A stretch of DNA of 46,858 nucleotides from Dimargaris cristalligena. Taxonomy: Eukaryota. The notes beneath the pieces are model-generated. The model had not been told where the DNA came from. It worked only from the letters and a program-made list of their open reading frames with translations, and searched no databases. Positions within the stretch are counted from its first letter, which is position 1. Each line of letters starts with the position of its first letter. Shown here one piece after another: positions 22,259 through 35,425 of this stretch. The stretch spans positions 1 to 46,858 of the forward strand of contig ML002291.1 of NCBI GenBank assembly GCA_003614675.1. Direction: 5' to 3'. The position numbers were made by a program, and so were the translations under genes.

Positions 22259-25036
22259 TCACGTAGTATGGGTATTCCACAGCGTGTCGAGTAAAACAAC
22301 CTCGACGGTTTCGCCCGCCTCGAGAGTGGATCGGTCAGCCTCGTGGGCAGGCAGAACAAGCAAGCAGTTACTGTGGCGGAAACTCATCAGACGGCTACTG
22401 CGCTGGTGTCGAGTGGCACTCCAAACTACGAGAGGGGCCGGGAAGTGTACTTCGGAGGCTACCGTAGGCCGTCCCATAGTAGATGTATAACCATTGTCTA
22501 GAGGTGGGGAAGCTGCCGATGGGGTATGGGCCATCACTATACCCCGGTGGAATTCGGGGCGCGCATCGAGCGTCAGCGATTGTTGCAGCTGGTAATGGTA
22601 AAGGTAGAATGAGGTATTTGTATTATTTAGTTGGTTATCAGGATGTAACTAACCCCGCCGGAGTATGCGTTGGCATGGTATTATTGTCGTATTGCTTAAA
22701 CCCCTATTATCCATAATACCGCCAATTCACCAAGCGGTGCTATTCTGGGGGAGCAAACGTACCAATACAACAGCACCCAATTAGGTCAAAGCGACCAATG
22801 GTACAGCCCTTTGATGCTTGATTTTACCCCACATGTGAATCAGGCGTGAAAAACTTACCTTAGCCTGGAGACGAGGGTTGTCAGGCGCCGCTTGCCTAGC
22901 CATACGGCGCAGAGACGGTAGCACGTAAAGATAGCAAGTCACGATGGCCGAAACGGGATTGCCGGGAAGAGCGAACAGAAGCTTATAATCAACCGCTGCC
23001 GGATCAGTACCCAAGGTGGCAAATACGGTAGGTTTGCCCGGTCGCATGTTAACTCGGCCAAAATGAATCCGCGCCCCGATACCATGTTGGATAACCGACT
23101 TGAGCACGTCTTTCTCACCCATGGACACACCCCCGCTGCTTACTAGGACATCAATCCCCTGGGATTCGGTGTGGCGCCGGAGGAATTCGCTGACCGCATC
23201 AGTACTGAAAGAATCGAACAGTGTAGGCAATGGGATGAAGGGGGGGGTATACAGACGAGTGGAATACACAGTAAATGAGAGATTATGATTATGTATCTCT
23301 AAAGGCTTTCTCGGGTATTCGGGCAAGTGTATTAGCTTGGTTGGGTATAGCCATACAAAATCACTAAAAGGCAGTCCCAATCTAGTATTAGGCGGGTTTT
23401 TTGGGCTGTAAAAAGCCGGGGCTAGAACCGAGGCTGAGAATCCCGCCACTCCCACTTACCTATCATCTACGATACCCAAGTCCACGACTGGGAATCCGTG
23501 CTGCTGCAGTATGCCAATGAGGCTGGGTCGATTGGAATCACGGATTTTACCCGCCGGTAGCACTGAGGGGGTAGATTCCGCACTACTGAGTTCGGACCCG
23601 GTGGAAAACACGCCCACGACGGGAAGTCGGTACACTTGAACCTGGGTAATCCCCAGCGACATGAGGGTGCCTAATTCCGCCCCCGACACCGAGATGGAGT
23701 CTCCGACTCCCAGAACTACTTGGCCCTGGGCAATGTCGGATCCAATTTCACGAATATTTTCACCGGATTGGCAGCGTGCATGGACGGCGACGCTCTGCTC
23801 CTCGCGGTTATCAGCCGCCACCTCGATTAGCTCCGTATCTTCGACCATGACCACTGCATCAGCCCCGGGAGGCACAGGGGCCCCTGTACTGATACGCATG
23901 ATATGCTCGACTGGCAGCATGGGCAGTTCTTGTAGCAGAGTACCCGCCAGAGAAGGGTATGGAGTAACGGGGTAAACGCCAGGACCGCAAATCGCCAGAA
24001 GCGCGTAGCCATCTACGATGGAGGCGCGGTAGGCGGGCACCGGCACGGGGGCTACAATATCCTGGGCCAAGGTACGGCCGATTAGGGCAGGGCCTACGGG
24101 CACTGTCTCGATGGGCAATATTTTAAGGTGATCACGTATGATAGCTTCGGCTTGGGGGACTGTAACGAGGGGGAACGGGGACTCGCGGGGTCGAAAAGCG
24201 ACGGGCGTTTCAATAGCGGAAGGGATCTGTGCCCCTGTGGCCCCGCCGCTGGTTTGGGTGGACGGCGTACGATGGTGGTGGCGGTGCGCGGTGCAGCGAT
24301 GCTCCTTGGGGGGATTCACCGCCGTCAATTTAGTATTTTCTAGCTGGCGGTGAAGCTCCCGACTGCTCAAGCCCTGAATTAAGTCCAGCGCATGGGACAG
24401 AGAGGGTCGGACGACCTGGAAGTTTTCCACGGCCGCCTTTGGCTTTCCCGGTAGGGTTATAATTAGCGACTGATGGCGAACCCCACAAACAGGCCGCGAG
24501 AGCGTAGCCATCGGCGTAATGGATAGTGAGTGGGTCAGCATGGCCACGGTGAACCCGAGACAGGTCCGATCCAATAGGGGTTCGATGGCCTCGGGTGTCA
24601 CGTCGCGGGCACTGAGGCCCGTACCGCCCGTCGTTAGGATCAACTGAACGGGCGGGATGGCGTCAGGGTCCGTCCATTCCTTGACCACCCGCTGGATAAC
24701 ATGGATATCGTCTGGGACACATCGTGTCTCGACAAACGTCAGGGTGGTATCTGATGGAGCGGCAGGGGTTATGGCAAGCTCGGCTTGTAGTAGAGCGGCC
24801 GTTTGATCAACGGACTTTCCCTGACTCACGCTGTCACTGACTGGTGGATAGTATAACCAAGTAACAAGTACAGGGGGGAAATGGGTTAGCTACAAAAGAA
24901 GTGCGCGACCAGCTAGGGCCAATAGATTTGGTCATAGTGGCAGGTTAGTTCGTTTGAGTCGGGCAGCACCAACGCCAAGGGGTCAGTAAAAAGGGCAAGA
25001 CTTACCCACCAATATAGCGACATTGTAAGCTCGCAT
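22259..25036 (-). CDS. cnxE: Gephyrin/CnxE molybdenum insertase (MogA-like G domain + MoeA-like E domain), 4 exons, 695 aa
   Basis: Minus exons 25036-25006, 24840-23460, 23204-22859, 22588-22259. All donors are GTAAGT and all acceptors CAG; the frame is continuous (2088 nt). G domain: ILVVSD, TTGGTGLSARDVTPEA, TLPGKPKA. E domain: YRASIVDGYA, ISTGAPVPPGADAVVMVEDT, STGSEL, IRDSNRP, SSGGVSMGEKD, PGKP, LPGNPVSA, RPEFHRG, QRSSRL. Confidence 0.96.
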
Positions 25037-25903
25037 AGTGTGGGCTTGGTTCGAAGGTAGCGGAATGGCACCGTTCACGAGGCGTTTAGGCGGAAAGAGG
25101 AGTTCAAACAAGCGAAGGGGGAAGTCGACCAAGCGGTAAGTGAATGTCTCGAGATTCCGAGAGTTAGGCAGGCGAAAGGTATTTTATATTTATATAGTGA
25201 GTAGTAGTAGAACGAGGTTTTCAGTCGAACTCGGTTGGAGATGAGGGTAGAGTCATATCATTCCTTTATCTGTGGGGGTCGCGCGACCAGCGCTCAATCA
25301 AAGACAGTCCACCCTCCCCCTCCGGCACTATGCTATATGCATGGCTGCTGTACTGGCCTGGTGAATTTAAGCTGAAGGGGACAAGATTCTGCATATATTG
25401 AGTTTTAATGGCAATGGCTGACCCATTCCCTGCTCTTTTCTCTCTCTTTCTACTTGCGAGTCATCAAATGTACAGTAATAGTGAATCGTAGCAATCGACT
25501 ATGACTTGGTAAGGAAGGGCCCATTAGATCACAGATAGTACAGGCCGATGTGTATGTGTATATGTACAGATTTATTATAATGGGTTTTGGGCCATTCATG
25601 GTGGTGACACTATTCGGAGTAAAGGCCTTTTCATGGGAAGACCATCCCATCCACGGGCTGGTCGAATGAATGGGAGAAGGGGCGATAATCTACATGAAAT
25701 ACGTTCGTTTAGGTTAATGGCCAGTAGTCGGCTTAGCTGGTAATACGAGTGCCGGCATTTAACCACAATATATTAAACGGGGAATGGCGGTTACCGGGCC
25801 AGGGGTCTGTACTATCGCAGCCAAGGTAAAGGAACCGATAGGTCCGCCTCTAAAGCGGATACTAAATTAAGGGGAGTGGGAAGAGGAAGGAGGGGGGAAA
25901 GGC

Positions 25904-26155
25904 TTAAGAGGCCGGCTTGCCCTGCTTGGCCTTGTCGGCCTCCAAGGGGACGTTCTGAAGCATATCAGCGGTGGACAGGATTCTGTCCTTGTCAAAGCTA
26001 GTCTTCTGCTGGAGGCTCTGCAGTAGGGCGTCCTGGCTCAGCCCGTCCTTCGGCTGGTTATCGCGCTGCTGGTGGGGCTGGTCGGGCTCATTGGGGTAAA
26101 CGGGGTTGCCGTTGGAGTCGTGGGCTTCCACCTGGGTCTTGAAGGGGGCAGACAT
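25904..26155 (-). CDS. Small hydrophilic Gln/Asp/Lys-rich protein, 83 aa (MSAPFKTQVEAHDS...GKPAS)
   Basis: gccATG context, strong C/G third-position bias, C/T-rich leader, and TATATA elements at about 26252-26295. The upstream ATG at 26239 would add 28 residues encoded by the pyrimidine leader. Confidence 0.72.
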   Translation of the reverse strand: MSAPFKTQVEAHDSNGNPVYPNEPDQPHQQRDNQPKDGLSQDALLQSLQQKTSFDKDRILSTADMLQNVPLEADKAKQGKPAS

Positions 26156-27357
26156 GGCGTATGCGACTCGGAGGCAAGAGAGAAGGAGGGTGAGGAAGAG
26201 GAGAGAAACGGGGAACTCAAAGAAGTAGGGGAAATGCATGAGCAGTTAAGAGTATATAGAAAAGAACAGACGGCGGTGGTGGATGTTTATATAAAGAAGG
26301 TTGGTGAGACAATTGGAAAGTTGCCAAGAAATAAGAAGGTATTAGAAGTGGAGACGGGGGGGCAGAGTGCTGCCTCCCTAAACGGTTTAATTGCTTGGCG
26401 GCGGCTTTGGCATTTTCGCAGGCGGGAATTTTGTTTGGGGGGTGGCATGACTATTTCTATTCGGATCCCCCAGATATTACGTCAGGTTTCAGGCGACCTA
26501 TATAGCCAACGCCGTCATTGCTAAGGTCCAATTAACTATAGTATAAAACGCTCAATAGAGTGGAAGATGATGAGGTGAGGGAGAGGCAAACACGGACAAG
26601 TAAGTGCAGCGCTGTCATCGGGTGACCTGCACACACGAAGCATCCTCTGGCTACCAACCAGGCTCCGCGATTACTAAAGGTGGTAGAATCGATGTGATGG
26701 ATAGGAGGGTATTATGATATTTACACATGATGCAGCGGTATAGTTAACAAAGCCGCAATGTTATACTAATGCTGGAATAATGTCTCTCACCAGATGGTCA
26801 TTTGGTTTATAAACTACTCTACCAAAACCACCACTATTGCCCGATTTTCCCCAATAACTTAAGGTGATACAAATTCGTACATTACAAGGGTAATAGCCGT
26901 TTTTGACCACCAATAGGGGACAACTGGACGAGGCGTTTTACATTATAATCAACAGGCAGAGCTGCCAGATCTTGGCGATGGCTCTCCTCTACTCAGTGCC
27001 CCCAATACTCCTCGCCCGAGTACTTAGCCCACACTCTCTATCCACAGACAGCCAGAGGCAAAATAAACTTGGTAACGCCATCCTGGAATCCGTTTCAATG
27101 ATTTGGCGTTACTTCAGCCGCGAAAGTATGACCTCACCGGCGCCCATTACAGCGGTTTGTGCGTCATCTTACCTCCCCCCACGAAATGGCCATCGCTTAG
27201 TATTTTAACCAGCCGGCAGACCATCTCCTCGTAGCACACCTCTCTTATTTGCAATCATCTACTCCATTTTGCAATTACTACTTATAATATACCCCCTCAA
27301 CGACTATTATTCCACCATCGGCTGTTCCCCTTATAAACCAGCACCACCGCCTTCGCC

Positions 27358-29001
27358 ATGTTAGAGTCCACTACCCTATCCCAGGACCACCCCCTGGATC
27401 GGATAAAGCAGGGTCTTTGGGAGGATAAGGCCCGCGTCGAAGGCGAAGCCGCCCACATTGCCGAACATCTACGTGGCCAGGCGCGCCAACTGTCGGCCAA
27501 ATTGGCCCAGGCCGGCGAGTACCTGGACCACGAAGCCCACCGACGGTTCGAAGATGCCCGAGCCAAGGTCGAGGCCGGGGACTATCTGGACGGGTTTCCC
27601 TATTTAACCACCCCAGCTCCAGAGGCCAATCACACTGACGACCCGGCTGGCCCGGCCCCCGCCGAACCTGAACCGATGCCGCACCCCGCCACCGGTCCCC
27701 CGCCAACGGCCGCCACTTGCGTGCCCCGACCGGCGATTGGGCAACTGGGCTGCTGGTTGGATCGCCTGGGCCGCCACTACATTCCTGGCTACGGTTATAT
27801 TTTCGCAGATGTTCCCAGAGGCATGAACGTCATCGATAATACGGGATCGGGATCAGGTACTATTACGACTGACCTCCCGTATTGTCCCTGTTCCGATTCC
27901 TCGGACCACCACCAACCCCCCGAGGAGATGCAGCCGCCGCCGCCAACCGCGGTCCCCATGGCCCAGGTCGAGGAGGAACCGGTCGAATCAAATTTCCTCC
28001 CCCCTCTAACCAAAGGGGCCGATTACTTGGCCGACCGGATCTTCCGCGACCACGACTACCGGGCCAAGGCCGAGGACGAAGCCGAAAAGGGCTGGCGCCG
28101 TCTCAACGACCTCTGGAGCTCATACCGTTCCCACTCCGAGCCCCAGCGCTACTACCAGCAGCTCAAAACCCAGCTAGAGGATCAGTACGAGCAGTTAACC
28201 GCTCACGCCGGCGCTAAGCAACAGCAGATTAAAGACAAGATGAACCGGGTCACCGAAAAGGTCGGCGAGGAGGCAGCCTACATCGCCACTAACCCCATCT
28301 CTAAAGCGACGTCAAAGATCCCGACCCTTAACTCCCGCCCCGAAGGCCTAGTGATCCCCGTGTCGGGTTTCTACGCGGCCATCCTAACTATCTTTGTGTT
28401 TATCCTGGCCCGTCGACTCGCCCAGTACCGCCGCCGACTGCGCCGCCGCCGCCAAAACCTCCACGGGGCCATTGGCCGAGTTGTCTCTTCGGACCTGATG
28501 GACCTGAGTTCGGGCCCGGCGCAGCATACCCGCAGCCGGGAACACGAATCCGAAAAGACTGCCAGTCACTCTGACTGCCCCGACAGCCGACTGCTCGAGC
28601 ACGAAACCGAGGTCGACTTGCCCCTGGTCCAGGCTTCGGTGGCCTTTGACCGTCACTTTGAAAAGCTGCTGATGTGCCTGGTGACGCTGGGTCACTATAC
28701 CGCCGTAGCCCCCCTGGCCTCCCTCCTGCTCTGCTTCATGGAAGCCAACCACTACGCCGCTCCGCTTCTCCACATTCTTTACGGCGGCCTCGTGGCGGCG
28801 GCTGCGGCTGTGAGTACGGTGAAGGAAGAAACGGCGATGACGGAATACCACCGCGAAGGCCGCTCCCAATTGGGCAAGATGACCCTCGGGGCCCCCGCTT
28901 GGGGCAAGTTTTTAAGTACCAGTGTGCTGGCCTCCGCCATGTTCTCCACCATGTACACCCTTCTAACTGGCCGACCCTGGTGGGAGGCCGCGGCGACCTA
29001 A
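27358..29001 (+). CDS. Uncharacterised membrane protein, 547 aa (helical charged N-terminal region, several C-terminal TM segments)
   Basis: gccATG context, long C-ending-biased ORF, hydrophobic segments (VIPVSGFYAAILTIFVFILA; LLMCLVTLGHYTAVAPLASLLLCF; LLHILYGGLVAAAAAV; FLSTSVLASAMFSTMYTLL), AATAAA at 29143. Confidence 0.88.
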   Translation: MLESTTLSQDHPLDRIKQGLWEDKARVEGEAAHIAEHLRGQARQLSAKLAQAGEYLDHEAHRRFEDARAKVEAGDYLDGFPYLTTPAPEANHTDDPAGPAPAEPEPMPHPATGPPPTAATCVPRPAIGQLGCWLDRLGRHYIPGYGYIFADVPRGMNVIDNTGSGSGTITTDLPYCPCSDSSDHHQPPEEMQPPPPTAVPMAQVEEEPVESNFLPPLTKGADYLADRIFRDHDYRAKAEDEAEKGWRRLNDLWSSYRSHSEPQRYYQQLKTQLEDQYEQLTAHAGAKQQQIKDKMNRVTEKVGEEAAYIATNPISKATSKIPTLNSRPEGLVIPVSGFYAAILTIFVFILARRLAQYRRRLRRRRQNLHGAIGRVVSSDLMDLSSGPAQHTRSREHESEKTASHSDCPDSRLLEHETEVDLPLVQASVAFDRHFEKLLMCLVTLGHYTAVAPLASLLLCFMEANHYAAPLLHILYGGLVAAAAAVSTVKEETAMTEYHREGRSQLGKMTLGAPAWGKFLSTSVLASAMFSTMYTLLTGRPWWEAAAT

Positions 29002-32000
29002 TTACTGCCATATGGCGCGTTCATCATGTCGCAAACTCTTCTTTGAAACCTTCACAGTTATGCACCACACGTATACCACAAACTGGGCTAACTTTTAACT
29101 GATGTTGATCGGATTACATATGTTCCTATCACTTACTCGTTCAATAAAACACCTGTTTTTTTCGACTAGATATTTAAATAAAGTGCCATTTGGGTATTAT
29201 TAAATGGATAGCTACATGTAGTACTGATTTAAAATACCGTAACTGCAAGGTCGTCGGTTGTACCTGTCGGATATGGAGACCTCCGAAGGGAGAACCCAAC
29301 AAAAGCATGGGTATTGAGTATGAACCCCCCCCCCCTTAAACCGGCAATTACTGATAAACGAAAAGAATGTGTTAAACGCCGGTTAGTGGAAATAGCATAT
29401 TGCGAAGGTATTTGTTATTAAAGAGAGTCCCAGTTATAATAGTATTTGGTATATACCAAACACTAGAGGTGTATGTGGGATTAGTAAGGATGGTAATATA
29501 GCTTACTAGTCCTTATGTTCATTTCAGGTACATCGAAAAAGCCGACTATAGGTGGTAATGCTATGAAACGAATCCGCAGTTATATCTAAATCTTCCTGTT
29601 TACACTTAATTTTATGGGGTGATGCGATAGGTAAAAAGTCCAGTGGGCGAAATAGTAAACAAATAAGCAGTATATACCCAATATTATTATTATTATGCGG
29701 GAATCACGCAATGCATCGACCAACCCTCCTATTACTTACCTTGTTGTGCCCTTATTTTCATAAAATGGAGACAGTATATGTGGGGCCAAAAACGCAACAA
29801 TTTCCGAATGACAATATTGGTGGTAAATCTTTGACTACCGGCACTGTGTATCGTGTGCAAAACAGAAAATGGACGGAAAATCTCTAAACCTGGGTCCAGA
29901 TTAAGAGCGCTTAGAAAGACCGCCATGGTGAGACATTAGCACTGTGTATAATCTGGAACCCCTCGCTGGACAACAATCATTCAGTTCATATTACACTGGT
30001 TGTCGTTTTTTCGATACGCCTGCCGCTATAACATGGGCATTGGCGAATATGGGAGAGGTTCGGTTTGGCTGTACAACGAGAAATCCGCCTGAAGAGAAAA
30101 TTCGTTTTTACTAGGAAATAAAACGAGTTCAACAGCCGTATAGGGTTTTGGGCTGTAAGTGGAGTACCAGGCTGCTTATCATCCAGCGAAAACAGCGTTG
30201 CCTGATTAGAGTCAAATCGTTAGGGAACGAGGCATAAAGTGTAAATACCCCCCCATTCAATATGGCCTCGCAGGTGTCCGATTATCTCTTCAGCCGCCTA
30301 ACCTACTATGACTCTATAAAAAGCAAAACCCAGTAAATTGCTGTCTGTGTGGTATCAATCCCAAGTACTAACCACGTACTTTCCAAATAAAGTAAAACAA
30401 TGAAAAGCCTGCAGCGCCAACCATTTCCAAGTGTATCTACCCCGGTACTTATCTGGCTGACGCGTAACTGACCCCATCGAACCAACGGAATACCACACTA
30501 GAGAACACGTACGATCTTCTACCGCCTCAATAACATGCTCCTGCTCGGAGGTCCCAAGCGTAAATTGGAATTCCGCCACCAGATCCAATATTTGCTGATT
30601 CAGGCAGCTGAAGAGTGCGTGGGTCCCCCGCAAACAACATGGCAACAACACTCATCTCTAGCAGCTACTGTAGCTGCCCGTCCCCGCCCCTGGAGTTATA
30701 ATGCAGTGCCCCTATTTATGTGGGACGGTAAACATCATATTGCCTCCATAAAATTCGATTTTTTTCGTGTAAATGGCCGCCTTTAGTGAGATTCGGTACT
30801 CAATTAACTGACCTTGAAGTGCAGTATTGCCAACCAGGGGCTTTGATACCCCAGCGAAACATGACGTGTACATTAGAGCATATCAACGTAACGTTCTGTT
30901 TGTCGCTAAAGTATTCGTCATTATTTCTACTGGGTTCTTACCGGTAGATTCTATAACTAGGGTGTACAGGTGCGTAATGGTGTAGGTCACTATAGTATCT
31001 AGTTCTTTATTTAGGTCGATGTTTGACTTAACGGGAGAGAGTCATTAAGAGGCCAACTAGTCGGAGTTTCCAATCGAATCCCTGTCCAGCAACGTTATCG
31101 GTAGGACCAAGATCAAATGATATTGGTTCAACCACCTTTTACTTTCCTTAATCCTTCTTATTCGGCTCCCCGATTCCATAACCATAGTGGCCTTACTTAA
31201 TGATGACTCAGCAGAATTACGTGTGGCTCTATTTTGGTAGCTGTCAGCCACACTTAAAAATAACCCAGCCTTCACCAAACTAGCAAATATATTTGTTGAC
31301 CATAAATTGGAATCTTCACAGTTCACCTCTCAAGTCCGTCCTTAAAACTTGTATATCGGTCAACCTAATAAGCAATCCGTCAACCCAGAAGTTAGAAGGA
31401 CTGGGCACTTAGGAGCCACCTCGCGTTGGTAGATCACGGTCATATGGGTAGATAGGCCGGTCTATCCCTACACTACCCCGACCATAATAGGTGTATTCTT
31501 TGGCTTCGTTTCTTTATATGTGCAAAGGCTCCCATCCAATAGGAACACGATTTTCAGAACGCTGTTTCCTCTCCCCAACCGCTACAAGTCAGTCACTGCC
31601 GCCAATCCTACCAATCCTGCCTTTTTTTTAATATATTAGTAGTGAAGCACCTCCGTTAATGGAAAGGTGTTATTGAATGAAATGATCGCCCGGCCCCCCA
31701 CATTAATGGGATTTACGAATGAAACGAGAGCTCATCAACCCCCGCAAAAAGCATTCTTAAATGATAAGGAATGGTGGGAAGGATACAGCGGGGCTTCCAT
31801 CTACTACCAAACCATAGCCCTGTGGTTCTTTGGCGTCCAGTGATAGCTAACGCGCCTTACGGGGTGGTGGTAATTGGGGGATTCCAAGGCCGTTGTCCGT
31901 GCCCATTAACCATAATGTCGTCTGGACCATTTTCATTCCAAAGGGAATGGCTTGCTATAGTTGTAGGAGTTACGCATTCGAAGTTAATAGCCCAGTAGTT

Positions 32001-34000
32001 GCGGATGATGAACGCAGCGGGGGGGGCAGTAGAGGCTAGGGGGCAAGTGACCGACTGATGAACTGCCATTGCTCGCCAATACAGCCATGGATTATAATTG
32101 ATTCATGGTAGTGAGTGGTCCAAAGGCAGAGGAGGTCGTATCCCGCTAATCCTCACGGAAGTGTCAAACCCATGCGTATGATACTGCCCTGTCGAAGTCA
32201 ACGAAGTGTATAAGTGGGTGGGGGTGTATTATTAGTGGACATTCAACTGGGGAAGTATCCCGAATCAACCCAACCATTATGAGATTCACTCCGTCGGTGG
32301 GTGGAGTGACTGTTGATGGTTTATTGCTCAGAAACCCCCCAAACTGCACGGGTTGGGACGCCTTAAGCCGCCGGCTGTGCACTAGCACGCCCAATCCTGA
32401 CTGCATCCCCATTGCTTATGCCCAATGGCTGTTTTAACAGTTGCTTCGTAACCACAGTCATTTAGATAATAATACATGGGTTCCGTATAGGGAAGTGGGT
32501 CAGCAAACTTTTAATATGGTAATCCTGAAAGTGTGTTGATACAGTCAGTGTTGAAGCCTCCTCCGTGCGCCCCTTTGAGGCAATGTGAAATGGCATCCCA
32601 CTGACTGGGTATAATATCCCGTTCAGTAGCCCTGGTATGAAAGGAGGCATACGTTATTTTCACTGGGTTTATTAATCCCAGGAGGCTATAGAGTTTTCAT
32701 TTGAACAAACTTGGCAACAGGGCGGCGGTTCCTGATGGACCGGGTGTTGTCACTGGGACTGCACGCGAATGCAGCTCCTTGATTCCCATGTTCCCATCCC
32801 CCTTAACAGTGCCATTTGGGGCCAAACGAAACCAAAGCAAAGGGCCAATTAGTTGAAACCTGAGAGCGCTGAATACCCTTGTATTTTTCAGCAGCCATTT
32901 CGAAAACCAAGGTCTCCACGATATTAGCCCACCCCAACTCCTATTGCAACCCGACGAGGCAGACGTACCCTAGGGGCCGTTGTTTAGAACATGTATCCTT
33001 TAACACTGAGAGTCCTTGGCGTACCTTTGTCGGGGCTGGGGGGTGATTTTCCCATTAGACGCGCTTCACCCCTGTTCTCGGTTGTGTTTGTCCAAGGAAC
33101 CTGATTTACGAGCCTGTCTTTATTTAAGTGTTCGGATTTGACAAAATAAATTCGGGAAATAAATTAAAATATGCTTTTGGGGCCCTTGGTAGTTCATACT
33201 ATACACACCTTTGGGTTGCAGAGAAGAGTAGGCAAGTTGGCGACACGTTGAACTCTATCGCCGTCGCTCATTGTAACGGCGGCTGGTTAAATGACCGGGT
33301 TGAGTCCAGGCCATTATAACTAGCATAGGTGGCCAATTAGTCTAGGGGCCCGGGGAATCGCCAGTAATTGGCAGCGTTACTTTCCAATGACTCGTAAGTC
33401 CGTCCCAATGCGAATGAGGGTACCGGTGATGGGCATCGAGGGTTGTTTAGAGTCATTAGACGACCGCCAGCCGCACGTTCATATCGATGGGAATATTTGT
33501 GAGGCCCCCCAATACTCCGCCTCAGTGGGGGGCCTTTAAGTTAGTGTTATTCACCCCCCCCTCCAATAAACTAAATGAAGATTCGGTAAGTCCCCCCTTT
33601 CTAGACCAGCACGAAGGTGGAGCACCGCCACAGTCGCCATCACGCTGGCCTCTTCTCTTCTCTTATGTTGTTGTTATGGTGGCGGGGACTTGGCCGCCTT
33701 CCGGCTGTCTGGTATACGCCAACCACAAGGCGTACCCATTTGCCCAATTCAGATTTGATTATATATATTTTTCCTCCAAAGACACTGTCGTGCCGTGCCC
33801 TCTGGATCCACCGACCAATAGAGTTCACTCCCCAAAGACCAAAGGGAATCAACGAAGAAATGGAGTGACCATGGCTGATGGTCAATGTGAGTGGAGGGTG
33901 CTCCTCTTCCCTTTTCGGTTAGGCATGCCTATCAGGCTCTTGGTTCTCCTCGCGGTTCTCTCGCCTCCCCGCGGAGAGTGGGAAAGAAGGAAAGAGGGGG

Positions 34001-34004
<4 letters not shown>

Positions 34005-34058
<54 letters not shown>
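34005..34058. repeat. (GA)27 microsatellite
   Basis: Direct reading; it explains the (ER)n/(LS)n artefact ORFs. Confidence 0.97.
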
Positions 34059-34063
<5 letters not shown>

Positions 34064-34493
34064 GACGAAAAGGAAAGGAAGATGAGAGGGAGGGAGGGGG
34101 GATGTGCTGGGGATGATAGACCTTTTACGAAACAGGAGGGTGGGGCATTGGTGGGAGGGCTAATACAATCGGCGGCGGCTGACCAGTATGATTCGAGTTT
34201 CGTATTAGCTTGGCTCAGCGACCGAATAATAAAGTACTCTGCGAAGCGCTGGTCGGAGTGAAGGTCGGGAAAGGATCGACCTCGAGAGCGAAGCACCGAG
34301 GAGGAGGAGGACGGGGTGGTGGGGCGTTCGACTCGCAGGGGGGGAGGATTATGGCTCGAATGAAAAAAACCAGTATATGGGCATTGTAGATCACTCCAAC
34401 TACCCCCCTCTTCTACATTCCGGCTTGCCCAGGAAGTGGGTCATTTGTGGTGGTGGTGGGAGGTCTAAACCAAGGAATACATTCATCTTTTTT

Positions 34494-34502
34494 TATAAAT
34501 AC
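34494..34502 (+). promoter_or_regulatory. TATA box (TATAAATAC) of the first Kre9-like gene
   Basis: 206 nt upstream of the ATG, followed by a C/T-rich leader. The same 9-mer precedes the paralog. Confidence 0.55.
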
Positions 34503-34699
34503 CAAGCCATCGCTGCCCCCGCTGCAGCTACTTTCCTCATTACCACTCCCTATAATCCCCTAATCTCACTTTCGCGCTAAATTATTTTGGTGTCGCGCCA
34601 CGGTTCTGTTTGTTACCCACCTTTAATGACTGTAGTCTCTGTCTGTACCTACCTCCTACTATCTATCCTCTAATTAATTATCTGCATTACTCTATCAGT

Positions 34700-35425
34700 A
34701 TGGTGTCCTTCAAGATCCTCTCTGCCGCCGCCGCTCTGCTGCTGGCCACCCCCGCCATGGCCGTGTACCGTGTCAACAGTCCCGTGCAGGGCACCGTCTG
34801 GCTTGCCGGCGACACCGTCACCATCAGCTGGTACGACGATAACTCGCCCGCCGTGGCCGCCGGTACCCCGATTGAACTGTCCCTGTACGCCGGTTCCGAT
34901 CCCAATGACATGAAGAAGTTGACCGCCATTGGTTCCGCCAGCGGCAGCACCGGTACCTTGAGCTACGTCGTGCCCCAGGACTACAACGCCGGCTCCATCT
35001 TCTCGGTGTCCATTGAATACAGCGGTGTGCAGAACTTCAGCCACTACTTCACCGTGACCGGCGGTCGCGACAACGCCGTGACCTCCTCCTCCGCCATCGA
35101 GTCCGAGTCGGCTACTGCATCCGCCTCCGCTTCCGAGACTGAATCCGACTCGGCCACTGATTCAGCCTCCGCGACCAAGTCCGCTTCCCACACCTCCGCC
35201 AGCTCGGCGACTAGCTCGGCCGTCAGCTCCAAGGCCACCTCCGCCTCCCACTCGGCCACCTCCTCCGTCGTCTCCACCCGCTCTTCCTCCGTTGCTAGCC
35301 GATCAACCCAATCCGCTGACGATGCCGAGTCCACCGACGACTCGAGCGCCGCCTCCAAATCCGCCGTGACTCTCGGTGCCATCGCCATCTCCGCCCTTTC
35401 CTTCTCCCTCCTCTCCCGCTATTAG
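34700..35425 (+). CDS. Ser/Thr-rich GPI-anchored cell-wall protein with Kre9/Knh1-like N-terminal domain (241 aa)
   Basis: Signal peptide MVSFKILSAAAALLLATPAMA; domain 'NSPVQGTVWLAGDTVTISWYDD...LYAG...NFSHYFTV'; Ser/Thr/Ala stalk; hydrophobic GPI-type C-terminus; AATAAA at 35603. Confidence 0.92.
   Translation: MVSFKILSAAAALLLATPAMAVYRVNSPVQGTVWLAGDTVTISWYDDNSPAVAAGTPIELSLYAGSDPNDMKKLTAIGSASGSTGTLSYVVPQDYNAGSIFSVSIEYSGVQNFSHYFTVTGGRDNAVTSSSAIESESATASASASETESDSATDSASATKSASHTSASSATSSAVSSKATSASHSATSSVVSTRSSSVASRSTQSADDAESTDDSSAASKSAVTLGAIAISALSFSLLSRY

Noticed and set aside
22781-23455. 224-aa ORF as a separate gene
   Set aside because: It is gephyrin exon 3 read through flanking intron sequence.
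33487-34296. 209-aa, 125-aa and 64-aa ORFs with (ER)n/(LS)n runs
   Set aside because: Artefacts of the (GA)27 microsatellite.
35414-35425. C-terminal SRY as a peroxisomal PTS1-like signal
   Set aside because: The protein has a signal peptide and the tail is a hydrophobic GPI signal.
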